A stretch of DNA of 64,000 bases from Candidatus Atelocyanobacterium thalassae (lineage in GTDB: Bacteria; Cyanobacteriota; Cyanobacteriia; Cyanobacteriales; Microcystaceae): NCBI GenBank assembly GCA_051971635.1, contig JBFPLN010000001.1, forward strand, positions 288,001-352,000, in the 5' to 3' direction. Of the stretch, positions 1 through 11,150 are shown piece after piece. The position numbers and the translations under genes were made by a program. Position 1 is the first letter of the stretch, and each line of letters opens with the position of its first letter. Below the pieces are notes generated by a model. That model did not search any database and had not been told where the DNA came from. It worked only from the letters and a program-made list of their open reading frames with translations.

Positions 1-413
1 TCAAACTCGTAATCAGTAATTAATCCTTCTGCCCTTAACTTATCCAGTTCTCTTAGTCCTCCTGATACCATGTCAACTTGCAATGGTTCAATTCTCCTAA
101 CTTGTTGCTCATGAGGAGCTATACTGGGAGGTTTAGACTTGACCTTGGTAGGCTTTAGCATAGGTAAATTATTAAATTGATTGTTAAATTGTTCTTCGCC
201 TTGAACAAAATACCATAATGCGTCAATTGCGCATGCAATACTAGGAATAGGAGTATTCCATAGCATAAAGTACATAACTCCCCAAACAGGTTGTCCCAGG
301 TAAAATTTATGTACTCCAGCAACAGGCCAAGGGACCACAGTAGATAACAAAGCTAGTGTAATACCAACTTTACGGTTTTTGGGTTGAGTAAGTAGTTTTT
401 CCAATCGTTGCAT
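1..413 (-). CDS. TM2/NINE-like membrane protein with C-terminal SHOCT-like motif (partial, runs off window start)
   Basis: Not in ORF track. Translated by hand from ATG at 413: MQRLEKLLTQPKNRKVGITLALL...AGVHKFYLGQPVWG... (TM2 G-x-H-x-F-Y-L-G motif) ...LRELDKLRAEGLITDYEF (SHOCT-like); open to position 1. Confidence 0.8.
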   Translation of the reverse strand, partial: MQRLEKLLTQPKNRKVGITLALLSTVVPWPVAGVHKFYLGQPVWGVMYFMLWNTPIPSIACAIDALWYFVQGEEQFNNQFNNLPMLKPTKVKSKPPSIAPHEQQVRRIEPLQVDMVSGGLRELDKLRAEGLITDYEF

Positions 414-664
414 TGGGATCTCGATGTTAAGAATTTTTGTATTAACGATACCATACTATATCACTTTATTGAAAAAATAGAGTGATTAAAAGACTTAAGT
501 TTTTGTTATTATTTATTAAATTTATTTATGATACGGTAAGCTGTATTTTTCTATAATTTTTAACTCTTTTACAATAACAATGTAAACTACAATAACAAGA
601 TAAACCAGTTAATATTTAACTATTAATCCAATTGGTTTACATTTGAATCATAAGGAAATTAAAT

Positions 665-982
665 ATGGGATTTTATGACTCAGAAATCGTTCAGAGAGAA
701 GCTAAACACTTATTTGAAGATTACCAATCATTAACACAATTAGGAAGCGAATATGGCAAGTTTGATCGAAAAGGAAAAAAGATTTTTATTGAACAAATGG
801 AAACACTAATGGAACGCTATAAAATTTTTATGAAACGTTTTGAATTATCTGAAGATTTTATGGCTCAAATGACTGTCCAGCAACTAAAAAATCAATTAGG
901 GCAATTTGGAATAACTCCACAGCAAATGTTTGATCAAATGAACACAACTTTAAAAAAAATGAAGTCTGAAATAGAAAGCTAG
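665..982 (+). CDS. Conserved cyanobacterial protein, DUF1825 family
   Basis: MGFYDSEIVQREAK...YGKFD...FELSEDFMAQMT matches my recollection of DUF1825; AGGA RBS upstream. Confidence 0.75.
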   Translation: MGFYDSEIVQREAKHLFEDYQSLTQLGSEYGKFDRKGKKIFIEQMETLMERYKIFMKRFELSEDFMAQMTVQQLKNQLGQFGITPQQMFDQMNTTLKKMKSEIES

Positions 983-1106
983 TATGTAATTAGTTTAAAC
1001 TAAATTAATAATTTTTAGAAAATTTTTTAGTTGTAAATAATTAAGCTTCGAAATCTGAAAGTAATGCTATCATAAATTTCTTGTTTAGGTTTGAATTTTA
1101 AAAATT

Positions 1107-2297
1107 ATGTATGACTTTGTAATTATTGGCGGAGGTATTGTTGGGCTTTCTGTCGGTATGAATTTGGGAAATCGTTTCCCCAGCAAATCTATTCTAATTA
1201 TAGAAAAAGAAGATAGAATTGCTTCTCATCAAACAGGGCATAATAGTGGAGTGATACATTCCGGAATTTACTACAAACCAAACAGTTTCAAAGCAGAGTT
1301 TACCAGAAAAGGAAACCAATCAATTGTAGAGTTTTGTCAAACACACAATCTTCCTTATGAAGTGTGTGGTAAATTTATTATCGCCACGAAAGAAAGTGAA
1401 TTACCACTGTTACAAAATTTATACAAACAAGGACTAGAAAATAACCTAGAAGTAGAAAAAGTTTCAGCTAAAGAAATTAAAGAAAAAGAACCTCACATAA
1501 AATGTTTGGAGGGTATTAAAGTTCAAAAGGCAGGCATCACTGATTATTCAAAAATTTGTCAAAAATATATAGATTTAATTCAAGAACAAGGAGGTGAATT
1601 AAAACTTAATACAAAAGTCATAAACATTAGAAATATGCAACACAGTAAAATTTTAGAGACAACGCAAGGAGAAATAGAAGCAAGATTTATGATTAATTGT
1701 GCTGGTTTATATAGTGATTCCATCACTAAATTAGATGGATTTAATCCCCCAGCGCAAATTATTCCTTTTCGTGGTGAGTATTATAAACTTAAACCTCATA
1801 AAAATTATTTAGTAAACAGTCTTATTTATCCAGTCCCTAATCCTGAATTTCCTTTTTTGGGTGTACATTTTACCCGTATGATTGACGGTAGTGTTCATGC
1901 TGGACCTAATGCAGTTTTAAGTTTAAAAAGAGAAGGATATAAGAAAACTGATTTCGATATCAAGGAATTTCTAGAAATAATTACTTATAAAGGATTTTGG
2001 AAGTTAGTTCAAAAACATACCAATGAAGGTATTAAAGAAATTATTCGTTCTTTTAGTAAAATTGCCTTTGTTAGAAGTCTACAGCAACTAATTCCAGAAA
2101 TCACAATAAATGATATTGTTAGTTGTGAAGCTGGAGTAAGAGCACAAGCGTTGAAAGATAATGGTGACCTAGTAGATGATTTTTTAATCATTCAAAATAA
2201 AAATTCATTACATGTTTGCAATGCTCCTTCCCCTGCAGCGACAGCTTCTTTGGAAATTGGCAAATATATAGTCAATCAAATTTCTCAACATAAGTGA
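1107..2297 (+). CDS. lhgO: L-2-hydroxyglutarate oxidase (FAD-dependent)
   Basis: GGGIVG Rossmann motif, HQTGHNSGVIHSGIYY, FPFLGVHFT, GVRAQA, NAPSPAATASL. Confidence 0.88.
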   Translation: MYDFVIIGGGIVGLSVGMNLGNRFPSKSILIIEKEDRIASHQTGHNSGVIHSGIYYKPNSFKAEFTRKGNQSIVEFCQTHNLPYEVCGKFIIATKESELPLLQNLYKQGLENNLEVEKVSAKEIKEKEPHIKCLEGIKVQKAGITDYSKICQKYIDLIQEQGGELKLNTKVINIRNMQHSKILETTQGEIEARFMINCAGLYSDSITKLDGFNPPAQIIPFRGEYYKLKPHKNYLVNSLIYPVPNPEFPFLGVHFTRMIDGSVHAGPNAVLSLKREGYKKTDFDIKEFLEIITYKGFWKLVQKHTNEGIKEIIRSFSKIAFVRSLQQLIPEITINDIVSCEAGVRAQALKDNGDLVDDFLIIQNKNSLHVCNAPSPAATASLEIGKYIVNQISQHK

Positions 2298-2517
2298 TTT
2301 TTTAATATCTTATTACTACATTGCATTAGAACATTTGATTGTAAAAATCCAAAAATATTATATTCCCTGTTATTCTCAACTAGGGTCAATTAATAGTTTC
2401 AAATTAGTGCATATTAGATTTAAAGGTAGAAATAATTTATGATTAGCTACTTATTATTTAATAAAAACCTTAAGCAAATTAGCTAATAAATCTCATCACG
2501 TAATTTTTTGTCACAAC

Positions 2518-3147
2518 CTAGTTGCTTTTCCCAATATTAGAATATCCCTTCCAACGATTTATCAGGGTACAGTCAATATTTAATTGATCCAGTACACGAA
2601 CTACAACGAAATCAACTAAATCTTCTATGGTCTGAGGTTGATGGTACCAAGCCGGAATTGCAGGAACTATCTTTACCCCCACTTCTGCCAAAGTCACTAA
2701 ATTCCGTAAATGTATTAGATTTAAAGGAGTTTCACGAGGAACTACGACTAAAGGACGACCTTCTTTTAGTTGGACATCAGCTGCTCTTTCTAATAAATCT
2801 GAACTTAATCCTGAAGACAGCTTTGCAATAGTACTCATACTGCAAGGGATGATTATCATACCCAAAGTATGAAAAGAACCACTTGCTATACTTGCGCCAA
2901 TATCTGTCCAGCGATGACATTTTAATTTTCCTGCCTCTGGTACCCCCGCTTGAATACGCCAAAACTGCACTTGTAACTCAGGATCTATAGGCATTTTAAT
3001 TTTTTCTTCTGCTTGCCATACTAGATAAGTAGCTTTAGAGGCTACGATATCAACTGTATAATCTGCTTCTAAAAGAAATTTCAAAATACGAACACTATAA
3101 ATTAAACCAGAAGCTCCGCTAATACCTAAAATTAATGGTTTTCTCAC
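2518..3147 (-). CDS. ubiX: Flavin prenyltransferase UbiX
   Basis: GISGASG, IASGS, PCSMST, ERAADVQLKEGR, PRETP motifs. Confidence 0.92.
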   Translation of the reverse strand: MRKPLILGISGASGLIYSVRILKFLLEADYTVDIVASKATYLVWQAEEKIKMPIDPELQVQFWRIQAGVPEAGKLKCHRWTDIGASIASGSFHTLGMIIIPCSMSTIAKLSSGLSSDLLERAADVQLKEGRPLVVVPRETPLNLIHLRNLVTLAEVGVKIVPAIPAWYHQPQTIEDLVDFVVVRVLDQLNIDCTLINRWKGYSNIGKSN

Positions 3148-3900
3148 TAAATTAACCTTTTTAATTTAAGACTTTAATCATTGATATTTTTTTCATTCCC
3201 TCTATCCTTAGCAATTTTTCCTTCATACTATATTTCCTGTTTTTCATAAATGATTTCGAATATCATATAGTTATTGTAAGCAATAATAAAATTATATCGT
3301 ATTAATTTGAATATATTGTAGAGATTATTTATAAAAAAGTTTAACTGAAATTACTTGAAGCCAAAATATATTAAGCAACGGAGGCGGTAGTAGAATGGAT
3401 ATTGCATAGACAAATAAATATCTAATACTTAAATGATTTTAATTAGACATTAAATATATTAAAAACTTGATATTTTCTTATAGTTAATTTCTTTGTTTTT
3501 AATAGCATATAACTATATTTAATTTTAATAAAAAATATTTTCTATTTTAAGAGAATAAAATGTTGGTTCTTAATAATATCTTAAATATTTAAACCTAGAA
3601 TTATACCTTTTGATTTTTATTAAAAGATACATTGTCGTTATGTTAACAACGAATTTTTTAGCTGCTTAAACAACTTATATATGTTAAAATTATTAAATAA
3701 TAAGGTTATGTAGAAAATAATATTTTCGTTTATACTATTACGTTCTTTAGACTTAAAGATAATACAAAATCTTTATTAAAATTGGATTTTTCTGTTTTAA
3801 TTTATTTCAATATTTAATCTTTATAGAAAGATTTATGGTAGATTTATATGGAACGGATTAAACGTAATAGTAAAAATTAAATTTTTATAATTAATGACTA

Positions 3901-5094
3901 ATGAATAAATCTCTATTACCTGTTCCTTCAGGTATTTTCAAGATTTTAGATCTTTCAGTGAATGATAGTAATATTAAAGACAGTCCTCTTGATTTTTCTT
4001 TAATATTACCTACTTATAATGAAGCAGAAAATATTCAAAATATTGTTAAGATTTTAAGTAATCTACTAGATAAAGTTGTACCTAATAACTATGAATTAAT
4101 AGTAGTTGATGATGACAGTCCAGATTATACTTGGCAAATAGCTTTAGAATTAATATCTGATTATCCTCAGTTACGTGTTATGCGCAGAATACATGAAAAA
4201 GGTCTCTCTACTGCTGTTATACGTGGATGGCAAGCAGCTAAAGGAAAAATTCTAGGGGTTATTGATGCAGATTTGCAACACCCTCCAGAAGTATTATTAG
4301 ATCTTCTCCAGAACATGAAGAATGGTGCAGATCTTGCAGTTGCTAGTAGACATATAGAGGGAGGTGGAGTAAGTGAATGGAGTATGGCCCGTCGATTTTT
4401 ATCCCGGGGAGCACAAATGCTGGGTTTGATAATATTACCTGAAGTAATAGGTCGTCTTTCCGACCCTATGAGTGGTTATTTCATGGTACGCCGTAATTCT
4501 ATTATTAATAAAACTTTGAACCCTGTAGGCTATAAAATTTTAATTGAAGTTACAGCAAGAGGAAAAATAAATTGGTTGTCTGAAATAGGTTATGTATTTA
4601 GGGAACGTCAAATTGGGGAAAGTAAAGTTACCTGGAAACAGTATATCCAGTATCTTCAACATCTTGTAAGATTAAGGTTATCTCTATCAACACGTTTTTT
4701 TCAATTTTGTTTAGTAGGGCTAGGTGGGATGATCATGGATATGAGCATCCTGTATTTATTGAGTGACAATAGTACTTTAGGACTACCTTTAACTCGTAGT
4801 AAAATTGTTGCAGCAGAGCTGGCAATCATTAACAATTTCATATGGAATGATTTTTGGACATTTCGAGATATTACTTTTTTTCAACCAGGTAAACACTTAA
4901 GAATTAGAAGATTTATAAAGTTTAATATTATTTGCTTAACAGGCTTAGTTTTAAATATTTTTCTATTGAATTTGCTCTTTAATACATTTCAATTTAATCG
5001 TTATTTTTCTAATTTCTTTGCAATTATTTGTGTAACTTTATGGAATTTTTGGTTTAATCTGAAATTAAGCTGGCGAGTTACTGAAATAGATTAA
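3901..5094 (+). CDS. GT2 polyprenol-phosphate glycosyltransferase (DPM1-like) fused to a GtrA-like membrane domain
   Basis: LPTYNEAENI, VVDDDSPD, DADLQHPPE, DPMSGYF; hydrophobic C-terminus with NNFIWNDFWTF typical of GtrA. Confidence 0.85.
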   Translation: MNKSLLPVPSGIFKILDLSVNDSNIKDSPLDFSLILPTYNEAENIQNIVKILSNLLDKVVPNNYELIVVDDDSPDYTWQIALELISDYPQLRVMRRIHEKGLSTAVIRGWQAAKGKILGVIDADLQHPPEVLLDLLQNMKNGADLAVASRHIEGGGVSEWSMARRFLSRGAQMLGLIILPEVIGRLSDPMSGYFMVRRNSIINKTLNPVGYKILIEVTARGKINWLSEIGYVFRERQIGESKVTWKQYIQYLQHLVRLRLSLSTRFFQFCLVGLGGMIMDMSILYLLSDNSTLGLPLTRSKIVAAELAIINNFIWNDFWTFRDITFFQPGKHLRIRRFIKFNIICLTGLVLNIFLLNLLFNTFQFNRYFSNFFAIICVTLWNFWFNLKLSWRVTEID

Positions 5095-5419
5095 TAATCA
5101 TAATATTATTAAATATACTTATTGTTTAAAAATTTAGAGATCCTGAATAAAGACTTACACTTAACTTGTACATTTTATTTCTTAATAAGAAGACTTTATG
5201 TTTAATATTAATAATACTTTTCCAATATTGAACTATTACTAATACTAGACAATCTGATTTTTATTATTCATATATACAAAACATGAATAATTACACAATT
5301 AATTACGATTTAATTTTTTGTTTAAGGTATTTTCAAAGTCCTTAGGAGATACTCAAGTTTGTAATAAAAATCAAATACTATACTAATTTAAGGTTTAGTT
5401 ATATTTTAGTTAAAAGATA

Positions 5420-7378
5420 CTATTCCAATTTAAAGCTATTTCTATCGTCACTAGTATCTAATTGTGAAAAGCTTTGGGACAGTTGTAGTTTTAATATTTT
5501 TTGTCTACTTGTAATATACTCATTTAAATAATATTCAAAGTTTACTAAATCTTTACTTTTATCAATCATTTGATACTTTACTTTGCAATGGTGACAATAC
5601 TTTTTTAAGCTAGCTTTTTCAAGAAAAATTAAAGATGCTTTAATAATTAAATCTAAGCGTTCATCATCTTCATGCTGTTCTAATTCACTAAAGCTTAATA
5701 TTTGGCTGATACATGTTTTTACTAAGGGTGATTCCCATATAGTTTCTTGAAGCTTATAAATTAGTTGAGCCTTATCCGCTTTATCATTGTTTTGATAACT
5801 ATCTTCAGTTTCTAATATTTTTGTCCATATTACACGATGTTCTTGTATGTTGAAAAATAAATTTTTAAATTCAAGATTTTTTAATATTCTATGACGATAT
5901 TCAGAGTAGCGGAGATAAACTTTCAGCAAATTAATTTCTGCTTCTTTAAGTAATTGATCTTCAAGGAGTAAATTTACTGGAGTAAATTTTGTAGATTTCT
6001 TACTATTAAAATTGTTAGCTATAGGTTTAGCTAATTGTAACTGAAAATTTTTAAGATATATTGGAATTAATCTTGCATCTCCCTGGGAGAGTACTTCTGA
6101 GCAATATCTAATGTAATATTCTCGTTTATTATAATCAGATAGTTTAGATAACACGATGATCATTTCTTTTACAACTTTTTCAAAATGATCAGCTCTTTTT
6201 AAATCTTTGTTTAATAGAATTTGTTGAATTTGCCAACCAACCCATAATGGAGCGTCGTTAACTAACCCATAGTATTTTTCTGTACTATTTTGATTGAATT
6301 GTATGAATTCATCAGCATCTTTACCATTGGGAAGATTTAAAATTTTTAACTGTACTTGCCCCGAATAGATTAAAGGTTCTATTTCAGTAATCATTCTTTG
6401 TGTAGCTTTAATTCCTGCATTATCAGCATCGAAATTAAAAACAATTTGTTTTGAGTCTGTATATCTTAATAGCTTTCTAAGTTGAGTCTTACTGAACGTA
6501 GTACCTAATGAAGCTACGGTATTTTCAATACCTACTTCATGGAGCGATATTACATCGAAATATCCTTCAACTACAATAGCCTGATCCAAGGTACGTATAC
6601 TTTTGTAAGCTTGGTTTAATGCAAATAAAATTTTACTTTTGCTGAAGAGAGAAGTTTCAGGAGAATTCAGATATTTTGGTTCCTGGTTATTTATACTTCT
6701 TCCTCCAAAAGCGATAATATGACCTTGAACATCTTTAATAGGAATCATTATTCGTCCACGAAATGTATCGTAATAGCCGCTGGCTTTATCTCTTGGTTTA
6801 ATCATTCCTGTTTGTTCTAGAAGATTAACAGGATAGTTTTTTTCCTTTATTAGATAAGAATATAAAGTTTCCCATCCTTCCGGAGCATATCCTAAATTAA
6901 ATTTTGATATGGTCTCTGGTTTTAAAAGTCTTTTGTTAATGAGATAATCTAAAGCTTGTTTTCCTATAGGTTCATGTAACAAATGTTCATAGTAATCTGC
7001 TGAGGTCGCTAAAATTTCATAAAGCTGATCTTGTAAAGAAATTCTTTCTCGTAATGTTTCGGCATTTTCTGAGTTTGAATCTTTGATGGGAATTTTATAC
7101 TGCTTGGCTAATTCAAGTATAACTTGATTAAAAGGCTCTTTTCGAATCTCCATTAGAAATTTAATAGCGTTTCCTCCTGCTCCACATCCAAAACAATGAT
7201 ATAGTTGCTTGTCAGAATTAACCGTAAAGCTAGGGGTTTTTTCATCATGAAAAGGACATAACCCAACATAATTTTTCCCTCTTTTTTTTAGTACAACATA
7301 TTCGGAAATCGTGTTGTATATATTAACTTTTTCCTTAATTTCTTCTAAAGTATCAGGATGTAAACGTAAAAAGCTCAT
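5420..7378 (-). CDS. dnaG: DNA primase
   Basis: CPFHDEKTPSF...HCFGCG zinc finger, KYLNSPET, VEGYFD, FDADNAG, KDADEF TOPRIM motifs. Confidence 0.96.
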   Translation of the reverse strand: MSFLRLHPDTLEEIKEKVNIYNTISEYVVLKKRGKNYVGLCPFHDEKTPSFTVNSDKQLYHCFGCGAGGNAIKFLMEIRKEPFNQVILELAKQYKIPIKDSNSENAETLRERISLQDQLYEILATSADYYEHLLHEPIGKQALDYLINKRLLKPETISKFNLGYAPEGWETLYSYLIKEKNYPVNLLEQTGMIKPRDKASGYYDTFRGRIMIPIKDVQGHIIAFGGRSINNQEPKYLNSPETSLFSKSKILFALNQAYKSIRTLDQAIVVEGYFDVISLHEVGIENTVASLGTTFSKTQLRKLLRYTDSKQIVFNFDADNAGIKATQRMITEIEPLIYSGQVQLKILNLPNGKDADEFIQFNQNSTEKYYGLVNDAPLWVGWQIQQILLNKDLKRADHFEKVVKEMIIVLSKLSDYNKREYYIRYCSEVLSQGDARLIPIYLKNFQLQLAKPIANNFNSKKSTKFTPVNLLLEDQLLKEAEINLLKVYLRYSEYRHRILKNLEFKNLFFNIQEHRVIWTKILETEDSYQNNDKADKAQLIYKLQETIWESPLVKTCISQILSFSELEQHEDDERLDLIIKASLIFLEKASLKKYCHHCKVKYQMIDKSKDLVNFEYYLNEYITSRQKILKLQLSQSFSQLDTSDDRNSFKLE

Positions 7379-7798
7379 AGAATTTAGTTGTAGAATTTTG
7401 TAATATGGAATATATTGATCAAAAAAACTTAACTTAAATAGTTCTAATAATTATGTACAAAAATATATTTATTAAGTAAGTAGTTGTCAATTAGATTTGG
7501 TTTAAATTTTTGTTTTTTGAAATGATACTTAATTTTAAAAAATATTGTGCTACATTCATTCATAATACTTTTATCTAATTAATCATCGTATGTTGTGGTT
7601 TTTTACTTCAAAGTTTAAGTATAAGTCTAAGTTATAAAATTAATCATAGAAAGCAACCTTAGATATACATACTTATAAATAGATTAAACTATTAATAATA
7701 TTATTGACTCCACTCTTTTACTCTGTATTGAGTTTTAATATATAGAAATTAATAACAAGTGCTACAATTGCTTGTTGTGCTTATTAAATAGTACGATA

Positions 7799-8650
7799 TT
7801 AAATATTATTAATTAGCCAAGAAAACTTACCAATTCCATACCAGACATATAAAGTTATAGACAGTAGCAAAAATACTGTTAAAAAACTTATGCTCAAATA
7901 ATCAATCTGATTTAATGATGATTCATGTAGATAAGTTCTGTTAGAGCTACCTGAAAAAGATTTTGACTGTAGTACAATATCTATTGTATTAGTTTTGGCC
8001 ATAGAATTAAGAATTAAAGATACAGCAAGATTCAAATAAACTGTAGCTTTTTTCAGCAAACTAACTTTATTTAAAGCTAATCCTCTTAGCTTCTGAGCCT
8101 CTAAGATAGATTGTATTTCTTCAACTAATAATGGAAAAAACCTTAAAGTAGATGAAAAAATAAAAACAATCTTGTATGGTATTTTTATTTTTACCATTCC
8201 TATAACCATATCATTAATATCAGTCGTAAAAACTCCTAATGGAATTATTAAAGTCATATTTAAAATTTTAAGTATTATGTTAAGTCCATAAAGAATACCC
8301 TCATAATTCATTGTTAATCCTCCAATCCAAAACCAACTATCTGGAATATTGAAAATAGGAGTTAAATAATTTGTATTTAATAATATCTTTATTTGATCTG
8401 TATAAAAAAAGCCTGTAACAATTAGGATAAGAAAATGAAAAGGTACCATTATTGTGAAGATCTTTTTAAAATAACTTATCTGTATGCCAGCTAAAATACA
8501 AGCACATCCTATTGTTAAACTTAACAACCCTTCTGCAAAAGGACTTTCCCAAAGAAACGTAATTATAGTAATAACTATAATCATCAATAATTTAGTTCTA
8601 AAATCTAAGTAAGTAAAAAATGATTCTTTATTAACTGTTTCAATTTTCAT
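7799..8650 (-). CDS. ECF transporter transmembrane T component
   Basis: LDFRTKL N-terminus, LRFFPLL, AQKLRG motif; overlaps the upstream ATPase gene. Confidence 0.88.
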   Translation of the reverse strand: MKIETVNKESFFTYLDFRTKLLMIIVITIITFLWESPFAEGLLSLTIGCACILAGIQISYFKKIFTIMVPFHFLILIVTGFFYTDQIKILLNTNYLTPIFNIPDSWFWIGGLTMNYEGILYGLNIILKILNMTLIIPLGVFTTDINDMVIGMVKIKIPYKIVFIFSSTLRFFPLLVEEIQSILEAQKLRGLALNKVSLLKKATVYLNLAVSLILNSMAKTNTIDIVLQSKSFSGSSNRTYLHESSLNQIDYLSISFLTVFLLLSITLYVWYGIGKFSWLINNI

Positions 8651-10364
8651 AGGGATGAAAGCATTTTATTAATTCATTAGGTGTTAAGGCAGAACATTTA
8701 CTTTGCATATTACGATTCATTTCTTGAGTCAAAAGAACTGCCTGGGGAGGAATAAGATAAGTAGATTTTAACAATTCTACCTTATGATAAGCTTCATCAA
8801 TGAAAGCATCTAGTATAACTTCTCCTGCTTTCATAATAATTACCCTTTCGGCATAATTTGACATCAAATACAAATGATGGGTTATAACTATGATAGTTTT
8901 TCCAGCTTGGTGTAATTTACGAGTAATTTCTAAAATTGAGCAAGCACCTTTATAATCTTGACCAGTTGTAGGTTCATCGAAAATAATTATATCTGTTTCC
9001 ATAGCTAAGATTGAAGCAATAATGATTCGTGCACGATCACCTTTGGCTAATGAGAAAGGATGAGCTTGACTAAACTCTAGTAAACCGATTTCCTCTAAGA
9101 TTTTACAAGCTCTGTTATCTACTTTACTTTTTTGATAGCCTAAATTATTTAGTGCAAAAGTTACTTCATCTTTAACTGTCATATTAAAAATTTGGTTATC
9201 AGGATTTTGTCCTACATATCCAATAATTCTAGATATATCACTAATAGATAAAACTTTCGTATTTCTATTTTTTACTTGTACAGTCCCTTGCGTAGGTTCT
9301 AAAAGTTTTAAAAAATGTTTAACTAACGTACTTTTTCCTGAACCATTTTGACCAGCTATTAAAACATATTCTCCTGAAAAAATATCAAGTGATATTTGAT
9401 TTAATGCTTTTACATTGTTCTCATAACAGTAAGTTAATTGTCTTGTAGATAATAAACTTACTAAATTTTTTTTATATTTTTTTTTATCTCTTTCAAAGGT
9501 AGCTGATATTGAAATATTATTCTTTAATTGTCTTAATGTTTTGATTCCTTGCTCTAAGGTAACAGGAACTTGTGAAAACTTAATTCCTTTTGCTTTAATA
9601 GCATAAAATATTTTAGCCACTTCTGGAGGACGTAAATTATGAGTCTCTAGTAGAGGAATTTTTGTATATACTTCTTCTGGAGTTCCTAACTTGATAATCT
9701 CTCCACCAGACAATAAAGCTAAACGATCACTAAACTGAGCCATTTCTTCTGAAGCATGAGAAACCATTACAATAGTTATCCCTAACTCTTTATTTAATTT
9801 TTTAACAGTGGCAAAAACTTCTTGAGAACCTATTGGATCAAGTTGTGAAGTAGGCTCATCTAGTATTAGTAATTGAGGTTTTAAAGCAATCGCAGCTGCA
9901 ATTGCCAAGCGTTGTTTTTGTCCTCCTGATAATTCTTGAGGATGCTTAGATTCCATACCCTCTAGTCTAACCGCTGTTAAAGAAGATGAAATGCAAGTAA
10001 TAATTTCTTCACGATTAATGCATAGATTTTCTAATGCAAATGCTATTTCATTAGTAACTGACGTTGATACTAATTGAGTTTCTGGATCCTCAAAAACAGA
10101 TCCAATATAACGAGATAAGTGACTTACTGGGTATTTTAGAGTATCTAAGCCTGCTATTTTAATATATCCAAAAAAACGACCTCCATAAAATTGTGGAATT
10201 ATTCCATTTAATGCTAAACATAACGTTGTTTTTCCAGATCCAGTAGGACCTATGATTCCTAAAAACTCTCCCTTACGAATATTTAAAGAGATGTTTTTAA
10301 GAATAGGTTTTTGAGAATTAGGATAAAAATAAGAGACTTTATCTAAACTGGCTATTATTTCCAT
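8640..10364 (-). CDS. ECF transporter fused double ATPase (A-A')
   Basis: Two ABC cassettes: GPTGSGKT/LSGGQKQR/LILDEPT and GQNGSGKS/LAKGDRAR/IFDEPT; QNPDNQ Q-helix. Confidence 0.9.
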   Translation of the reverse strand: MEIIASLDKVSYFYPNSQKPILKNISLNIRKGEFLGIIGPTGSGKTTLCLALNGIIPQFYGGRFFGYIKIAGLDTLKYPVSHLSRYIGSVFEDPETQLVSTSVTNEIAFALENLCINREEIITCISSSLTAVRLEGMESKHPQELSGGQKQRLAIAAAIALKPQLLILDEPTSQLDPIGSQEVFATVKKLNKELGITIVMVSHASEEMAQFSDRLALLSGGEIIKLGTPEEVYTKIPLLETHNLRPPEVAKIFYAIKAKGIKFSQVPVTLEQGIKTLRQLKNNISISATFERDKKKYKKNLVSLLSTRQLTYCYENNVKALNQISLDIFSGEYVLIAGQNGSGKSTLVKHFLKLLEPTQGTVQVKNRNTKVLSISDISRIIGYVGQNPDNQIFNMTVKDEVTFALNNLGYQKSKVDNRACKILEEIGLLEFSQAHPFSLAKGDRARIIIASILAMETDIIIFDEPTTGQDYKGACSILEITRKLHQAGKTIIVITHHLYLMSNYAERVIIMKAGEVILDAFIDEAYHKVELLKSTYLIPPQAVLLTQEMNRNMQSKCSALTPNELIKCFHPYEN

Positions 10365-10370
10365 AATAGT

Positions 10371-11150
10371 TTAATAAATTGCTGCTTGAGGTTTGATAAT
10401 ACCAATAGCTCGTAAACCGTAAATGACACGGACACCTATAAAAGTTCCTACTAAAGAACGAATTAGATTTTCTAGAGGCATTATCGGAATCAAAAAGATC
10501 CATACTTTTTCTGGCCAATTAAATATGTTATAGGTAATAAAAACTTGGCTTAAATGATAAAGACCACTAATTGTCCAGCTGCCAAAAAACAAACCTAATG
10601 ATACTAAATATAAGTTTTTACTATTAATCCATTTTGCAAACAGTGTACGAGTAGGCAAAATAAAAAATAGCAAACCTGACCAATCAATTAAAGAACCTTT
10701 AATAATTATAGACATCGAAACTCCGTTATCCAAGGCGCGAGACACATATAAGAATAAGATAATAGTAAAAAAAATTGCTATTCCAACCCACCAATATCGA
10801 CGATGTCTACCTATAGTCATGGTACCTGCTGTGAAGCTAGAAATTATTGCTCCAAAGATAGAAATAGGAGGTATCCCTGCAGTATGTGGAGCTAAAAACA
10901 CACCCATCAAAGTTCCTATTCCACTGGCTACTGCACCACCGAATGGCCCTAATATCCAACCTAAAAGCGGAAATATACCTTGGCTTAAAGGAAAAATTCC
11001 TCCAGCTCCTATGGTAATCGAGAATGGAATAAAATTTAAAACTGTTACAACTGTGGACATTACCATTATATGGTTTAGTGGAGTTCCATCTAAAGCAGCA
11101 CTTCCGAGAGATTTTATTTCTCTTTCTTCGCCTTGAAGTTCTATTTTCAT
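10371..11150 (-). CDS. Probable ECF substrate-binding S component, substrate unknown
   Basis: About 6-7 TM helices, LGWILGPFGGAVASGIG motif typical of S components; first gene of an S-AA-T operon. Confidence 0.72.
   Translation of the reverse strand: MKIELQGEEREIKSLGSAALDGTPLNHIMVMSTVVTVLNFIPFSITIGAGGIFPLSQGIFPLLGWILGPFGGAVASGIGTLMGVFLAPHTAGIPPISIFGAIISSFTAGTMTIGRHRRYWWVGIAIFFTIILFLYVSRALDNGVSMSIIIKGSLIDWSGLLFFILPTRTLFAKWINSKNLYLVSLGLFFGSWTISGLYHLSQVFITYNIFNWPEKVWIFLIPIMPLENLIRSLVGTFIGVRVIYGLRAIGIIKPQAAIY

Noticed and set aside
3148..3900. Pseudogene remnants in long AT-rich spacers (also 29443-30116, 31590-32135, 34820-35400)
   Set aside because: Likely eroded genes, but I could not recognise any protein motif by eye; needs tBLASTn against relatives
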